Notes under the pieces: generated by a model
What the model was told of the DNA's origin: nothing
What the model saw: the letters and a program-made list of their open reading frames with translations, nothing else
The model's database searches: none
Position numbers and translations under genes: made by a program
In this document: positions 23,693 through 36,890 of the stretch, in pieces
Numbering within the stretch: the stretch's first letter is position 1
Layout: every line of letters begins with the position of its first letter
NCBI GenBank assembly: GCA_000934665.2
Contig: KZ538577.1
Span: 1 to 64,000 of the forward strand
Source: Catajapyx aquilonaris
Lineage: Eukaryota
Length of the DNA: 64,000 nt
Direction of reading: 5' to 3'

Positions 23693-23935
23693 TAGGGCTG
23701 TGCGATATTTCGATACATGGACTGTCGATACGATATTTTCCTATAATATCGAAGTTGCGATATCCGACGCTCGGCATGTTCGATGTATCGAATATCGCGA
23801 TTTTCTGATGTCGGTTCGATATCGGTTTTTGATATTTTTCGATGTCGGTTTTTCTATATTCGATATATCGACTTCGATTCGATATTTTTTAAGTATCGAA
23901 AGTCGATATGTAATTTCGGATATCGCACAGCCCTA
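23693..23935. mobile_element. hAT-type MITE with CGATA-rich body
   Basis: TIR TAGGGCTGTGCGATAT / ATATCGCACAGCCCTA; perfect 8-bp TSD CCGTTGGG at 23685-23692 and 23936-23943. Confidence 0.92.
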
Positions 23936-23952
23936 CCGTTGGGTGCCCTTTA

Positions 23953-24109
23953 AGGTTCGTTTACATGCGAGCGATTTGACGAGCGAATTCTTCGCCGAGG
24001 CTGAAATTAACAATCGATTTTCGCCTCAAACAATATTGGTTAACTTGGGTTACGCAGCCTCGGCGAAGATTTCGCTCGTCAAATCGCTCACAATCATGTA
24101 AACGTACCT
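23953..24109. mobile_element. PIF/Harbinger-type MITE
   Basis: TTA|AGGTTCGTTTACATG...CATGTAAACGTACCT|TTA; ~50-bp arms; related fragment at 44027-44149. Confidence 0.85.
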
Positions 24110-25198
24110 TTAAAGAGCGCTGCTTGGACGAATAACGAATGATACCGCTTTCACGCGGTATGACATCTTGGTCAGCTCCACCTTATTATTACGCATGATG
24201 TGACAGGTTCATCTCCATTTGGCATCCGACCCACCCTCTAATTCACACCGTTACACGCACACGTCACCCGAGAAACTTAGTCCCCCAACAGCGTGCCTGC
24301 AAGCTGATAAATTTACATTCGGACTAATGTTCCATAATATGACACTGTGGAAACATTTTCCAGCTGGGGACCTTCCTCTCAGGTGCAATTTAAATCCATC
24401 CTGTCTAGGGAAGGGGGGATGGGAGGGAGTGAGGCCGGTTGGTGGATGGGGAGGGTTAAATGATCCAACCACACGCCCCGTCGGATCCCGGGCACACTCA
24501 GAGAAACGAATCCCGTGGATTCAACAGGTGTCCAATTCAACCCGCTGGATATATCTACGTTTGTGAAACTGGCGGGGGAGTCAGAGGTGGGTGGGCCGGC
24601 TGGTTGGATGGCTGGCTGCCGGTGCTGGTGCGGAACAAGCAGGCCAAAATGCCTGCAAAGGGGGCTCTTCACCCACTCCAAATGAGCTTGTTCCTGGGTG
24701 TAAATCTTCGTCCGGGAATTGCTCCGATTCTGGCCGGATTAAGCGCTTTATATACTCCCGCGGTTGTATGGGGGGGAAAGGGGGGGGGGGGAACTCAGCA
24801 CCGAATTATGCGGCTGTCTTCGCAGCCGTTTCCTTTACGGTTGTGCGATTCAACTTGGGGCTACGTGAATCAGTGGGGTTAGAGGTAAGGGCGTGGAATG
24901 GTATGTTGGCAGTTTAGAAACGGCGCAAATATAGGAACTAAATAGGTGGAACAGAAATTCTGCTTATCTGGTTTCATAGTTACTGGCAATTTACGTGGTT
25001 AATCGATGTTGGGTTATCTACCGATGCAGGGGTCGAAATATTTTTCGAACTTTAAATTACCTTAGAAGGAAATTAGAAATGGCAAAAAAAGAAGAGTGGT
25101 AAATGGACGGTGTTATGCAATAATGAGTCAACCCACATGAGACCAGTTTTGAGAAAAAGGGGCTTTGAAGGTCGTACCTGTGAAATTAATTCAGTGTT

Positions 25199-25959
25199 CT
25201 TTTCGGTAATTTATGGCAGAAGTATGCAGATTTCGCCAGCGTGATTTTAACTGATTGAAGTAGGATCCTTTGGGTAGGCCTACCGGTAGGCTATATGTTC
25301 CTGGGCTTAGCTCAATTGTAACATTTTTGTGGGTTGACAAATTATTGCATAACGCCGTCCATACACACCAATCATGAGTTAACTTTTCGGTCGTTTGTGG
25401 CAGAAGTATACAGATTTAGCCACATTGATTTTAAGTTTTTTAAAGGGACACTCCACTCAAAATACAAGTTGGGTTCTAAAAATCGGGCAAAAAATCCTGA
25501 TTCCGAGGGTATAAGCAGTTTTTCTTAGAGACGAACGGTAAGGCCAGTGTGAAAGCTGGAAATGTGTCGTTCGAAAATCGCGCGCGGGGCGGTGGGCGCA
25601 GGTGGCGACGCCACCAGAGTGGAACCGGGCGGAACTAGACCAGGCGTGCCTGGCGCGGCAGGTGTTTACTGCATGTACGCGCTATACTTCTCCGGTTTGC
25701 CGCGGGATGGTGCTGTATCGACCTTCTTAGCAGACGACGTGTGTAGATATATGATTTTCCGTGTTACCGTTGGGCGTAGAAAAAAACCGATTGCACATTC
25801 GGAATCAGGATTTTTTTCCCCGATTTTTGGGGGCCAACTTGTATTTTGAGAGGAGTGTCCCTTTAACTGAATGAAGTACTATCCTTTGGGTGTATGTTTC
25901 TGGGCTTAACTCAATTTCGACATTTTTGTGGATTGACCCATTATTGCATACACCGTCCA
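25199..25959 (+). repeat. ~180-bp tandem duplication, second unit split by a MITE
   Basis: The unit cttttcggt...ggcagaagtat.cagattt.gcca...taactga.tgaagta..atcctttgggt...ttattgcata..ccgtcca occurs at 25199-25361 and 25383-25959. Confidence 0.75.
25444..25862. mobile_element. Kolobok/T2-type MITE
   Basis: TTAA|AGGGACACTCCACTCAAAATACAAGTTGG...CCAACTTGTATTTTGAGAGGAGTGTCCCT|TTAA; a TTAA TSD with AGG..CCT ends is the Kolobok/T2 signature. Confidence 0.85.
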
Positions 25960-28900
25960 AATTAGGCCCAATTTTTTGAGTTGCATTTTGTGTACGAAAA
26001 TTGACGAGTTTACCCCCGTATGCTACACCATGACCACATGCAGAAATTCTACACAATCGTGGATTTAATTATCGTTTTATAGAACAAAACTCACTTCTAA
26101 AATTGGGATTCGTCTGACATTGCTAGAAAAATTGTAATTTGAATTTCGGCGCATGCTATCTAACTCCTGCTACCCTTTGAATTGCAAATTTTTTAAATGT
26201 TTACTGTCCCGTATTTCAGTTGATTTCTATACTATTGCAATCCTAACTGTCGCTCATGTCCATTATATCACTATTATGCACTTTTTCCACCAAAAAATCT
26301 TACAGTTAGTGCCCAAAGCAATGAACTTGTAGATGTCACCTGTTATTTGCTACCATTTTTTCAGCTCGGAAAGCCAGACTTAGACGAGGGAAGATGCTCA
26401 ATGTGTAGTCCAGAAATTTTTGATCCGTGGCTTTAGAATCTACAAGATTGTAGAGTGTATGAACCAAGATCTGACTGATCAAAGTTTAACCAGTTGAACT
26501 GTTTGAGACTTTGAGTAGTGCTCATTTGATAGCGGGCTTTGTGTGAGTCATTCTCCAACTATTCAAGTAGGACACCTCTGAGCATTGCCTCACCTGTTTT
26601 TCCTCCTACAAAAATGTTTGTACGACGAAAGTCTACTGTATATTGAGTCGAAGGAACAGGTTGGCGACGAGAGATCTTGACATATAGGATTACTAAACAT
26701 CGGTTCCAAAAATGCTTCGATCGACGTCCTGTTTGTGTGCTGTGGTAGCTAAAGATATTCCACATCATGTGGCTACATGTAGAATTTTGTAGGCCAATCG
26801 GTACTTTTGGAATCCTATAATATACTTAGTACAAATATAGTGAAACATGAAGGTATAGGGAGGAAAAATAATGCAAGTTATGTGGCATCACGGACATTTT
26901 CTCGGCGTGATCTGGTGAGGGATGTACACATTATTTATATAATATATTTTTTGTAGGTGTGTTGCTGGTAGTGCTGGAAGGGTGGTTAGTCGGTTTAAGA
27001 TGAGCGGCGTTTAAGCATAGGAAGCGCGTTCGTGCTCACGCGAGCTGTCTGGCCCACAAAACCCGTTTATCATTCCCCCGCCTTCTTCCCCACCATTTTT
27101 TTCTCCACCCCACCCTCCACCCCCACGTGGCCATGCAAATTCAGGCGCATTAGAAAGCCATCTTGGCCCTCCACCCTTAGCCCCCCCCCCCCCTCCACCC
27201 CCTCCCTACCCCCCATTGGATTGACGTGGCCCTGGCCTGACAATAAGTAAAGAAAGTGCTCGGCATCAGCTCCTGCGACAGCTCGGGATTACTGCGGCCC
27301 TGGATTTTGCTTTCCCCATATTGCCACTTGATGAAGGAAGGTTCAAAAAGCCATGAAAAATGCAGCGGCTTTGCCCCCCCTACCCCCCTTACCCCCCCAA
27401 CCAACATGGAAATGCAAATTACTGTCAGGAAATAAAGTGTGAACTTTACGTGGGGGGATTATTGACTCATCGTATTTTAAAGACTGGTGGTTCCGGATTT
27501 GGAAATGATATATGCAGAGGAGGAAATTAGGCGTCTAATAACAATCTGAATGCATATGGTTCGTTAATATGCAAAGGAAACGAGGGAGTTTTTTTTTTCT
27601 CCTTTTTGGGTTCTTGGGAAAGTGGTCTTCCCCATTCCCCAATAGCAACGCATTCATCTTGATGGAGTTTGCAGCGTGAAGGAGCATTTGAATGCTTTAT
27701 AGAGCCGGGCTTTTCTCACCAACGGGAGTTCTTGGCTCCGGGGGGATCGCTCCGGATCAGACAGTCAACCAACTTTTTTTTTTTATATGGAAAGGATTTT
27801 GAGGATGGATCCGGAACCGAGGGGCCTGTTTTTCAGGGAATTAACCGCGTGTTATACTGTTGAACAGTTCCATTGCAATTAATTGGAATTTTTTGCGTTC
27901 TACCTGGACTTTGCGGGGGGCGCCTGACTTTTGATGTGGCCATTCATTTTTGCTCTGGCGAGCGCGTGAACAAGTCTATGCAAACATTCGCATTTGAAAG
28001 CAGTGTAATGTAGTGCCATTCCAAATGGTCTTGCCCATTATAAACCATTATTGCACCTGAACTCCGTGCTCACCTGAAGGGAAAAGCTTTGCGGGCTTTG
28101 TTATCTGGCACATGCCCAGCTAATTAACGCAGGCTAAACGTTAAGTGTCCTCTTAATGTCGATGATGATATTGAGTAAGGTTATATGAGTGAATTCGCAC
28201 AGCACAGTTGAACATCGCCGACAAAATTCGGAAATATTGGACGGCAATAAAACAGGAACTAATTTATGCCACTCTAAATGACAGTATTTGTTTAAACAAA
28301 TGTGAAAACAAAATAGTTGATTAGAAAAGGTTTGGCATGCTTATCACACCAACCTATTTGTATGTCAATGACCTCCCGCCAATGGGGAAAATGCAAGATG
28401 CAATCAGTCATATATGACGAGTAATTTTGCAGTGAAAGCACCATTCAATATCAGATGCATTTGCGCCACTGGACAATGCCTCCTAGATTAGGTAATTTTC
28501 CGCAATAGATAAAATATATGAATACGATAACCTGATGAGTGTGCAACATCAAAATTTTATAAGGCTCTTTATGTACTATAATGTAAGAAAAGGTTTTGGC
28601 ATTCTAGTGCTATTTTTTCCACATACTTCACCTTGGGATAGTGCTGAAAAATGTAGTATTAGGAAGTTTATACTGATTTATAATCAAATACAGTACAGTA
28701 TTCTTCATGCATTTTAAGATATCATTTATCAATGAAACTGTATCATAATTTACCACAAATTGTTACATAATTATGGTCAAATGAAAGATCCCCCCCCCCC
28801 CCCGAGCTGCACTGCACGATACAAAGTGTACTGTACCTACGTTTTTTTTTCTTTCAAATGAAGGCGCCAATGTATAGCTGCTTTGTGCTTCCTGAGAAGA

Positions 28901-31900
28901 CACGAATTATACTGAGAAGGCACAATTTGTAAATTGAAGGGCTCATTGTGTCTTCTGAGGATAAGCCATTCCTATTTTTATGCCTTCTTTTCAGATGGCA
29001 CGAGTTTAAGCGCCGCTTGTATAAATCAAAATCTGACATTACCTATAGGTATTCACATACATAAAGTAGTTTTCCGCCTTAATTTGAGTTCACAAGTATC
29101 TACGCCCTATTTTTACGACTTTCAGGAGTACAATTGAGTTAATTGTATGCTATTCGCCGACTGCTAATATACTGAAAGTGTATTTTGCTCGCTTGCAGGA
29201 GAATTTATAAGGGCCTCTGTTTCATTAGTGACTGCCCCATTTTACAAGAAAACATGTTGATGTAACCAAGTGGTATGGAAGCTATTAACTGCGCAGTTAG
29301 GCCATTGAACAAAAAGCAGTGGTCATAGGCGCGCATGGTTGATGTGCAGGGTGATGGAAGCCAACATGGCGGAAAGCAGGGTGGCCGGACAAGTAATTTG
29401 TGTGTCCGCGCAGGGTGGCCAGACACGTGTCCCACATATAAGTGGCGTTTGCAACGGAGCAGTGGGCCACAACACAAGTGAAGGGACGTAGATTTTTGGC
29501 TGCAAGTCTTTTTTGGCCCCGCGCGTTTCCAGAAAGATGAAGGCTGACCGGTAGCCATTTTTATCTGGCCAGCGCAGGAGGCTGAAGGATTACACCCGCA
29601 GCCATCTCTCTCGTGCTGCTTTTTCTCTCTTTTTTTGGCGATCCGATTTTTGTGAGAGCAAGCACCGGAACCATCCGTCACGTCTGGTGAGGGATTCGCG
29701 GGCCGCAAATTATCTTGCCGACGCTTGCAGGAGGTGTTCACGATGCAAGGCCCACCATCTGATAAGGGAGGGACGTTTGCTGGACGCTCATGTCTGCACA
29801 TGGACAATGGGGGTCATCACGTGCGCCGGTTTAATCTCGATAATTGGTCGGGAGCTAAAGTGTTGCCTCAACTTACACTTATAAGACCCTCCTCCAACAT
29901 GCGCTTTATCATATTTTCTCCTAATAATCAGCCAACTCATATTGTTATTTTTGTGTATATAGGGGCTCCTTGTTTTGTGCAGTTTTATACCACCCCTTCC
30001 CCCTAGGGCCCTCTTAAAGTGTGGGGTTGTTGCCACACTCGATTTGGGAAACTTGGCCGCCAAAGGCAAACGCAGCTACCATCCACTTCTGTGCAGATTC
30101 TTTTGCGAAAAAAGTACCGCCGACCTAAGTGAATACAGAGTCGGCCCCTTGACGAGATTCGCTCGATGAAGAAAGTGCTTCGACGGACAAGCTTAAGTGT
30201 TTTCTTGTCGGGTACCCCACTTCTTTTTATCGTAACGAGCAGGGGGCATTTGTTACAGCATATAAGCCGCTTATATTTTGTGACATACAGGTATAAGGGA
30301 TTTTTGTCGTCATTCGGCAAGTTCCAACTTTTTAACGAAGGAAAAGGACTTGGATTTTTAATTTTGTTGATTAGAGCTGCAAAATTATGAAAAACACGCA
30401 GACTGATGCATTGAGTCCAGCAAAACCTTGTTGGGGAAATGTCTGAAAAAATGGGATCGCGTAAGGAATATAACTCATGGAAGCTCTTGTGGAAGCTTCA
30501 AATTGAGTAGATTGAATGAAAAGGGCCCAAGTCTAGTTTTTTTTCCAAAATGGAGATGTCGGTTTGGTAAATGTTCTGCACATAAAGGGGCAAAAGCGAA
30601 TAATTTGATTAGTTCCTAATTCCCACAGGATCCCATAGAAACATCAACTTCCAGATTGGGATCCTACCTTGAAAAGACCTCAAATTTGGTAACATAAATG
30701 CTTTTATCATTTTCATAATGTTCTGGAGAAAGCATCAGGTGATTGGTGGTCAGGTCTGAAAGTTTATAGGATATTGAGTGGAAGGGTAAGGAATAGACTG
30801 GAGCCATTTTTATTCTCGCCTGCCCTATTGAAATTTATATATCTCTAAATTATTATTGCGACTCAGATCGTTATTGATTTCAGGACGGTGTGCACTTATT
30901 ACAAGCCATATTAAAATTATTAGCATGTGTTTACCGTAGCACGCGGTATAAAGATATCATTGCTGAGATAATTAGCATTAATCAAAATGTGCATTATATC
31001 TTCTGCTGCGTGGATACACCTTACGCCAATTCCATATCTTCGGCAGTTTAAACGCAGTTTAAATTATAAAATCTGGCATGGTAACATCTTGCAAATGAAA
31101 AAATCAAGGGTCGCGTGAAGGGACGCATAACTCCCAGGATATTTTGTACATTGTGTTTGAGGCTTTGAGGCCAATTACCTTGGTAAGAATGGTGACACCT
31201 CTACAAGAAGTTTACCCTAATTTGTTTAGTTTGTATAACTGCTAAAATTGTTGGTTGCACATTGTACATTCGCAAATCCACTGTACGTTGACACTCTTCT
31301 CAATGTCAGTAGTTTCTCTGAAAGTAGGTCTACCATGGGCGACGAAAAGATAGGAACAGGAAAGACAACCCTTACTCTGTGACGGAACTGGGGAACGATA
31401 TGCATTCTAGCGGTACCTGTATTGAGATTAATACCTAATCTAACATTATGCCACCCGAAATATTCGCATGATTATGATACACGTCTGATAAATTACGGCG
31501 CTTGATTGGCATTTCAGAATGGCTACACATACCGATATAGAGCCGAGTAATCTGTGTGTGCGAGGACAAATGAATCGCTTTTTTTTTAAACTCCCTACAT
31601 CGTTAGGGGCCCTGGAATATTCGTACTAAATTCTGCGCACGTATTCCTCCGAGTAATGCGAGTGATTTCTACCGGAGTGGTAACCCGAGACGCAATTTAC
31701 GCATCCGATAACGCCTCATGATGCGTACCATCCTAAAAAACGAAGCTACTACGCCATTAATTTCATGCGGCTTTGCAGAAACGATCTCGTTGATTTTTCC
31801 CCCTCCACCCAGCCCCTATCTAGATACATACAGCATATCTCTTCCATGGAAACAAGGGACACCTTCTCATCTTGGAATCCAGGCCTGTTACGTCACTCCA

Positions 31901-33512
31901 TCAAAAATTCACCTCCGAAATGATCCCAGGGACATTTGCATTATACAAGAGCCAAAGACGGATCCCAAAAAATGGGATTGAAAATGCATTAAATTTAATC
32001 TCTCATCATATCTGTTTACAGTCCGCTTCACCAAAACTTTATATTAATGCGAAATCTGTCATAATTAATAATGCAAGCGGGGCCCTGGCTGTGGGGGTTT
32101 TCTGAGCCGGCTGAATTGGGTTCAAATCATTAATAATATTGGGATGCGGAAGAAAACTAGTCACACATCCCGATCATTTCTCTTTGCCCCACCACCCCCC
32201 ACCCTACCCCCTCCCTGCTATCCCCGGGGGTGATAAATTGACTTCACCACTTCTTAGGATCTGTCCTCCATGATTTATTTCCGCGCTACGCACTGAGTGT
32301 GAATATCAGCGCACTTTCTCTCTTCGAAAAACACCCCCCCATCCACCACGCCCCCTTGAAAACCTCCACAAGGGCTAACCCATCCTTCCCTTTTCTCATC
32401 GACTCAGTCCCCGGAATTAAAATTCACGCTGATAAACTTCCCGTCCGAGGGGATAATTAAAAATGTCGGGCATAAATGCCATTTAATGGAAAGGCCATTG
32501 TTGGGCGTCGGGAAGATACTGTCGCCGACTTGGGCGAGCAGGCAATTTGCGGGGGGGAAAAATTCGATCCTAGTTTGCTGGCTCATTATGAATATTTAGG
32601 ACTGAACTTCTGTTATGAACACTATTTTTTTATATATATAAATTTAATGAAATTGCGTGATTCTTTGGTAAAATTTCCGGCAGCCATTGCCAAATGAGCC
32701 CTGCGGGACCCTGCACTTATTTCAACTTTGGGCGCCATTATCAATCTGCCTTTTGAGAGGGCCGGAAGGGCAGTAATAATTCACAATCTAAGCGGCGTTA
32801 TGCGGCACAGGGCATGTTAAATGGGCTCCAATCACATGGGCCCTGCGACTCTAGACTGATCATTTTCCCAAGAGGTCCTTTTCCTTTATCCCCTACCCCA
32901 AAATGCGTGCTTTCCATCACCCCTCCATTTTCAATCATTGCTCGGCAGGGTGTCAATAAAACACCGTTCTGTTCCATGCCACTGGAGATAGACTTCCGAT
33001 TGCAAATCAAACCCACTTCTAAACCAAAAGATGAATGAGCCGAGGGGGAAATTTCGCATTAATTCCACTAGGTGCCTGGGATATTGTCAGCTTTTTTGTT
33101 CAACATTGTAGCCGATTTCAGTTTGCAATCAATCAAAAAAATTGTGACGTCCGTCACTAGATGGGAGGAAGGTGTCCTGGTGGACATATGGGAAGGGCGC
33201 TTTTGTAGAAATCCGTCGTGAAACGGCCTGAGTGCAGACTGGTTTCAATGAATGGGTTGTCCCGAACCTGTGTATTTTTTATTTTATTTTATTTTTGTTA
33301 CCCAGGTGGGTACAATGGCCATTGGGGGGGGGAGACAAACCAAAAGAACAGGCAACAACAAATTTACACTGACAGAAATTCAATAAGAAAATTCACCCTC
33401 CTTACAGCTTTTTTTTTATTTGCAAAATTTAATAAGTTGAAAAAATCATCTGGGTGTATACAGAGTGTTTCAACTTTTTTGTCCGAAGAGTTCTCGGAAA
33501 TATTGCACTATA

Positions 33513-34291
33513 CAGGGTGGTCCATTTAAAACTGTTTCTGCTAATATCCTGACAATCATGCATCCAACAAGACCTGCTGCATATGGAATGTGGGTTGCAC
33601 CAAGGGGGGCACAGGATAGTGCTACGGGGCACATTGCGGATGGCGCCACTGACCGTGACCCGGGGTCAAGGTCCCATTTGTCAATGGAAACCCCCATAAT
33701 TTATTGCAGATATTGACACTACATGAAAAGCAAAGACACTTTCACAGGGACTACATTGTCAATTGAATGCGCCAACAGCCTCCCAAAAAATGTTGAAGAT
33801 GGTGATATTCACCTCTACGGCATGCAGAGCAATGGCATCATGTCAGCTGGTTATGACCTGCTATGAAACAAATGTTGCAATTACATTACATTACATGTCT
33901 AATTTGGATTACACCTTCATGTGTACACCCAAACAAGATCTCATGTAATGTAATTGCAACATTTATTTCATATTGCAGGTAATAACCAAGGTGAATATCA
34001 CCATCTTCAACAATTTTTTTTGCCGCTGTTGGCGCATTCAATTGACAATGTAGTCCCTGTGAAAGTGTCTTTGATTTTCATGTAGTGTCAATATCTGCAA
34101 TAAATTATGGGGATTTCCATTGACGAATGTGACCTTGACCCCGGGTCACGGTCAGTGGCGCCATCCGTAATGTACCCCGCAGCACTATCCTGTGTCCCCC
34201 TTGGTGCAACCCACATTCCATATGCAGCAGGTCTTGTTGGATGCATGATTGTCAGGATATTAGCAGAAACAGTTTTAAATGGACCACCCTG
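33513..34291. mobile_element. 779-bp near-perfect fold-back Tc1/mariner-type element
   Basis: TA|CAGGGTGGTCCATTTAAAACTG...CAGTTTTAAATGGACCACCCTG|TA; ~350-385-bp arms with a ~45-bp spacer (explains the mirror ORFs in the track). Confidence 0.93.
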
Positions 34292-34293
34292 TA

Positions 34294-34789
34294 TAGGGGT
34301 ATTCAACTGGCGGACCGCGGTCCGGATCCGGACTGCGACGATATACAGGACAGTTTGAAATCGCATTAGAAATTACTAATTCAGGATTTTTTTTGGAGAA
34401 AGTGATACAAATTTCAGCAAATACACATCCATTCAAATATCCCACACTCACCTAAGCTCGTGTGACCTTGAACCCCCCCATTTCTCCTGCGGCGGGCTTC
34501 CTCCCCCCCTTTACGGCTTGTTCACCTTGTGCTTATGAAATAGTCCCTCCTCCGAAATACTTTCTGCCTACGCGCCTGTATACATGACATCATAAAGGCC
34601 AAAAATGTATTAATATGTCCTGTCTTGATAGGCCCTTCTACTCTTGTGCACGTGTTTCTGTTTTCAAAAATGAAACCTGTGGTACCATGTAAAGTCCATA
34701 TCTTTACCCTGGGAGGGGGGGGGGCGGACCTTCAATGGCCCAGGAAAGGTAAATACTGGAGCTTGTCATAAACTAGTTGAATACCCCTG
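34294..34789. mobile_element. hAT-type MITE
   Basis: TIR TAGGGGTATTCAACT / AGTTGAATACCCCTG; 8-bp TSD G(C/G)ACTATA at 33505-33512 and 34790-34797. Confidence 0.8.
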
Positions 34790-34984
34790 GGACTATAAGC
34801 TGCTACTTTGTAAGCAGTGACTTTCAACCGGTTTGTCGGAGGAATGAGGAATATTCCCTGCGAATCTTAGGTTGAAGTGGCATACACTGCTTACAAAGTA
34901 GCAGCTTAGTGCAATATTACCGATAACTGTTCGGACAAAACAGTTGAAACACCCTGTATTATTGACCATTTTTACCATCGAACC

Positions 34985-35060
34985 TGTGTATTATTGGACC
35001 ATGATCCTGAGTGACCTTGCGGGGTCAGGAGGCGGTCAACCCTCGCAAAATGGTGAATTC
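34985..35060 (+). repeat. Dispersed repeat family R (partial)
   Basis: tattattggaccatga...tgaccttgcggggtcaggagg...ggtcaaccctc matches the 3' half of 7533 and 36891. Confidence 0.6.
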
Positions 35061-36890
35061 AAAACTTGTATAGTTATTTGATTTTGAGCAATTATTTCTT
35101 CATTTGCTTCTTTTAAAAATGAAGCAAAAATGAAACAAATTTGACCATATATTTTATTGGGCAGGTTTTTGGAGAGGTGTCATCGTGTCTGGATGAGTTG
35201 AATCTGGTTCGTTCCCTTGGCATATGCAGACTGGATCCTTAATTTCCAAGGGTGGAATGTTTCCAAAAGATTCGTGGCTTGGGAGTTGGATGGAAAAATG
35301 AGTTTTCTCTGACAGATGTGTGTGATAGGAATAATTTGATGCGCTGGGGGTAAGGTAGGAGGGCAAGCTCGGGAGAAAAATCGTGAGGTCTTTTTATACG
35401 ATCCCCTGCTCCCCACCTGGCAATTTCGGCCATTTCTTTTCTGACAACATGAGGAGGTTGGGGTGAAAAACGCGGATCTTGCGGGGCCAGTTGTGACATG
35501 AAAAGCAACCTGTTCTTAGTCGGTTTGCTCGAGCAATATTTTCCCATGGGCAGAAAAAGGGTTTTGCTCATGCTTACTTTGTCAGCAATTATTGGGAGGG
35601 CGCCAATGGAAGCTTCTTTTCATGTTTTTTTTCTTTCTTCAACTACAACTCTTCCCAACCGTTTCCCAGATGGTAACCTGTTCCACAGGCATTTATTTTA
35701 CCACCTCTATTCCGGGGGGGGGGGGGGGGCNGGCAGCTTTGCATTGCCACACAAACGGTAATGAAGGAGATTGGGAGGCAGTTAATCACGTGATGTCAGT
35801 GCACACTGTGTTTATCGAATGTAGGATAAGTCGTCAGGGGCGTAGCTAGAGAGAAATTTAATTGACGATTCATTGGTTGCTTGAACCTTCCCCTACCCTT
35901 GACCTTTCAGCAATCGGTGCACTTACAGCATAATAGTAAATTTTTTTTATCCAAAATATGGCATAGTGATACTTTCCATGACAATGATTGTCTACAAGCA
36001 CATTTTTCAAATGTGATTTACGCGCTTGACAAACTTACACTTGTTCTAACTGAGATGCTGATACAAAAACGGACTTCTCATCACTCTGTCTCAGAGGAGT
36101 TTATTGGACACCCCCACCCTACCCCCCTCCCTTCAATTTTTTTTTGTCTTCTTTTCCACCTCCTCCCCGGTTCTTATTTTTTGATAAACTTGCTCCCTCA
36201 GCAACAAATCTTGGCCTTATTTTCCCTTCATGCGCCGGGAGCGGCCGATATCTTAGGCCCGAGTGACAGAAGGGGATGACAGATCGCGATTTATATTGAA
36301 ATATGAGTCTGCCGATAGCATCGCAAAACCCTCCCCCTCCTCCTCCTTCCCCCTCTCTAGAAAGTACGGCCAGATCCGAGGCTACAAAGTCTGAAAAAGT
36401 AAGGGGAGGGGGGGGGGGGGCTCTGAAAGTCCAGCTTCAGATCGCCGATAGTGAGCATCCCTTTTTCCCCCCCTACTCCCTCCTGCTCCTTCCCCCTCGA
36501 ACAAGAGAGTCGAACCCACAATCGATGGCGATTGAATTTCATTAAGACGCTGGTCTCCTGGGGAAAAGGGACCTTTGACGTCCACGCGTTCAGTCATCTT
36601 TTGGGCAATTTTTTCGGGTCCATCTCTCGATTTTTTTGGTGGTGGCAGGGATGCTTATCGTACATATGGGAAATATTTGAGGGGGGGGGATGAAACCAAC
36701 TTTAATTCGATGGCAGTTGGGAGGAAAATACATTGTTGCGGTGGCTAATGTCGTCAGTCATGACCAGCAGCCCCTTTTTGGTGATCGGTGGCTGGTGTAA
36801 TATGGTCCAGCTAACCATAATGTATGCAGGTTGATGACCAAATTAATTACTGCGTCGAACGTGTAACTTAATTTTTTGCAGTATGTGACG

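Larger units (their letters stand above)
33461..34956. mobile_element. Tc1/mariner-type MITE (family M2) interrupted by two insertions
   Basis: TA|CAGAGTGTTTCAACTTTTTTGTCCGAA...TTCGGACAAAACAGTTGAAACACCCTG|TA; the body resumes at 34798 and matches the copy at 41655-41971. Confidence 0.85.

Noticed and set aside
28525..28560. Hammerhead ribozyme core (CTGATGA)
   Set aside because: No correctly placed GAAA or closing stems; the other CTGANGA hits I checked also fail.
29205..29807. 200-aa ORF
   Set aside because: No recognisable motif or splice context; consistent with a chance ORF in GC-richer DNA.
33465..34366. Duplicated ORF pairs on opposite strands
   Set aside because: Mirror images produced by the fold-back element; no recognisable domain.
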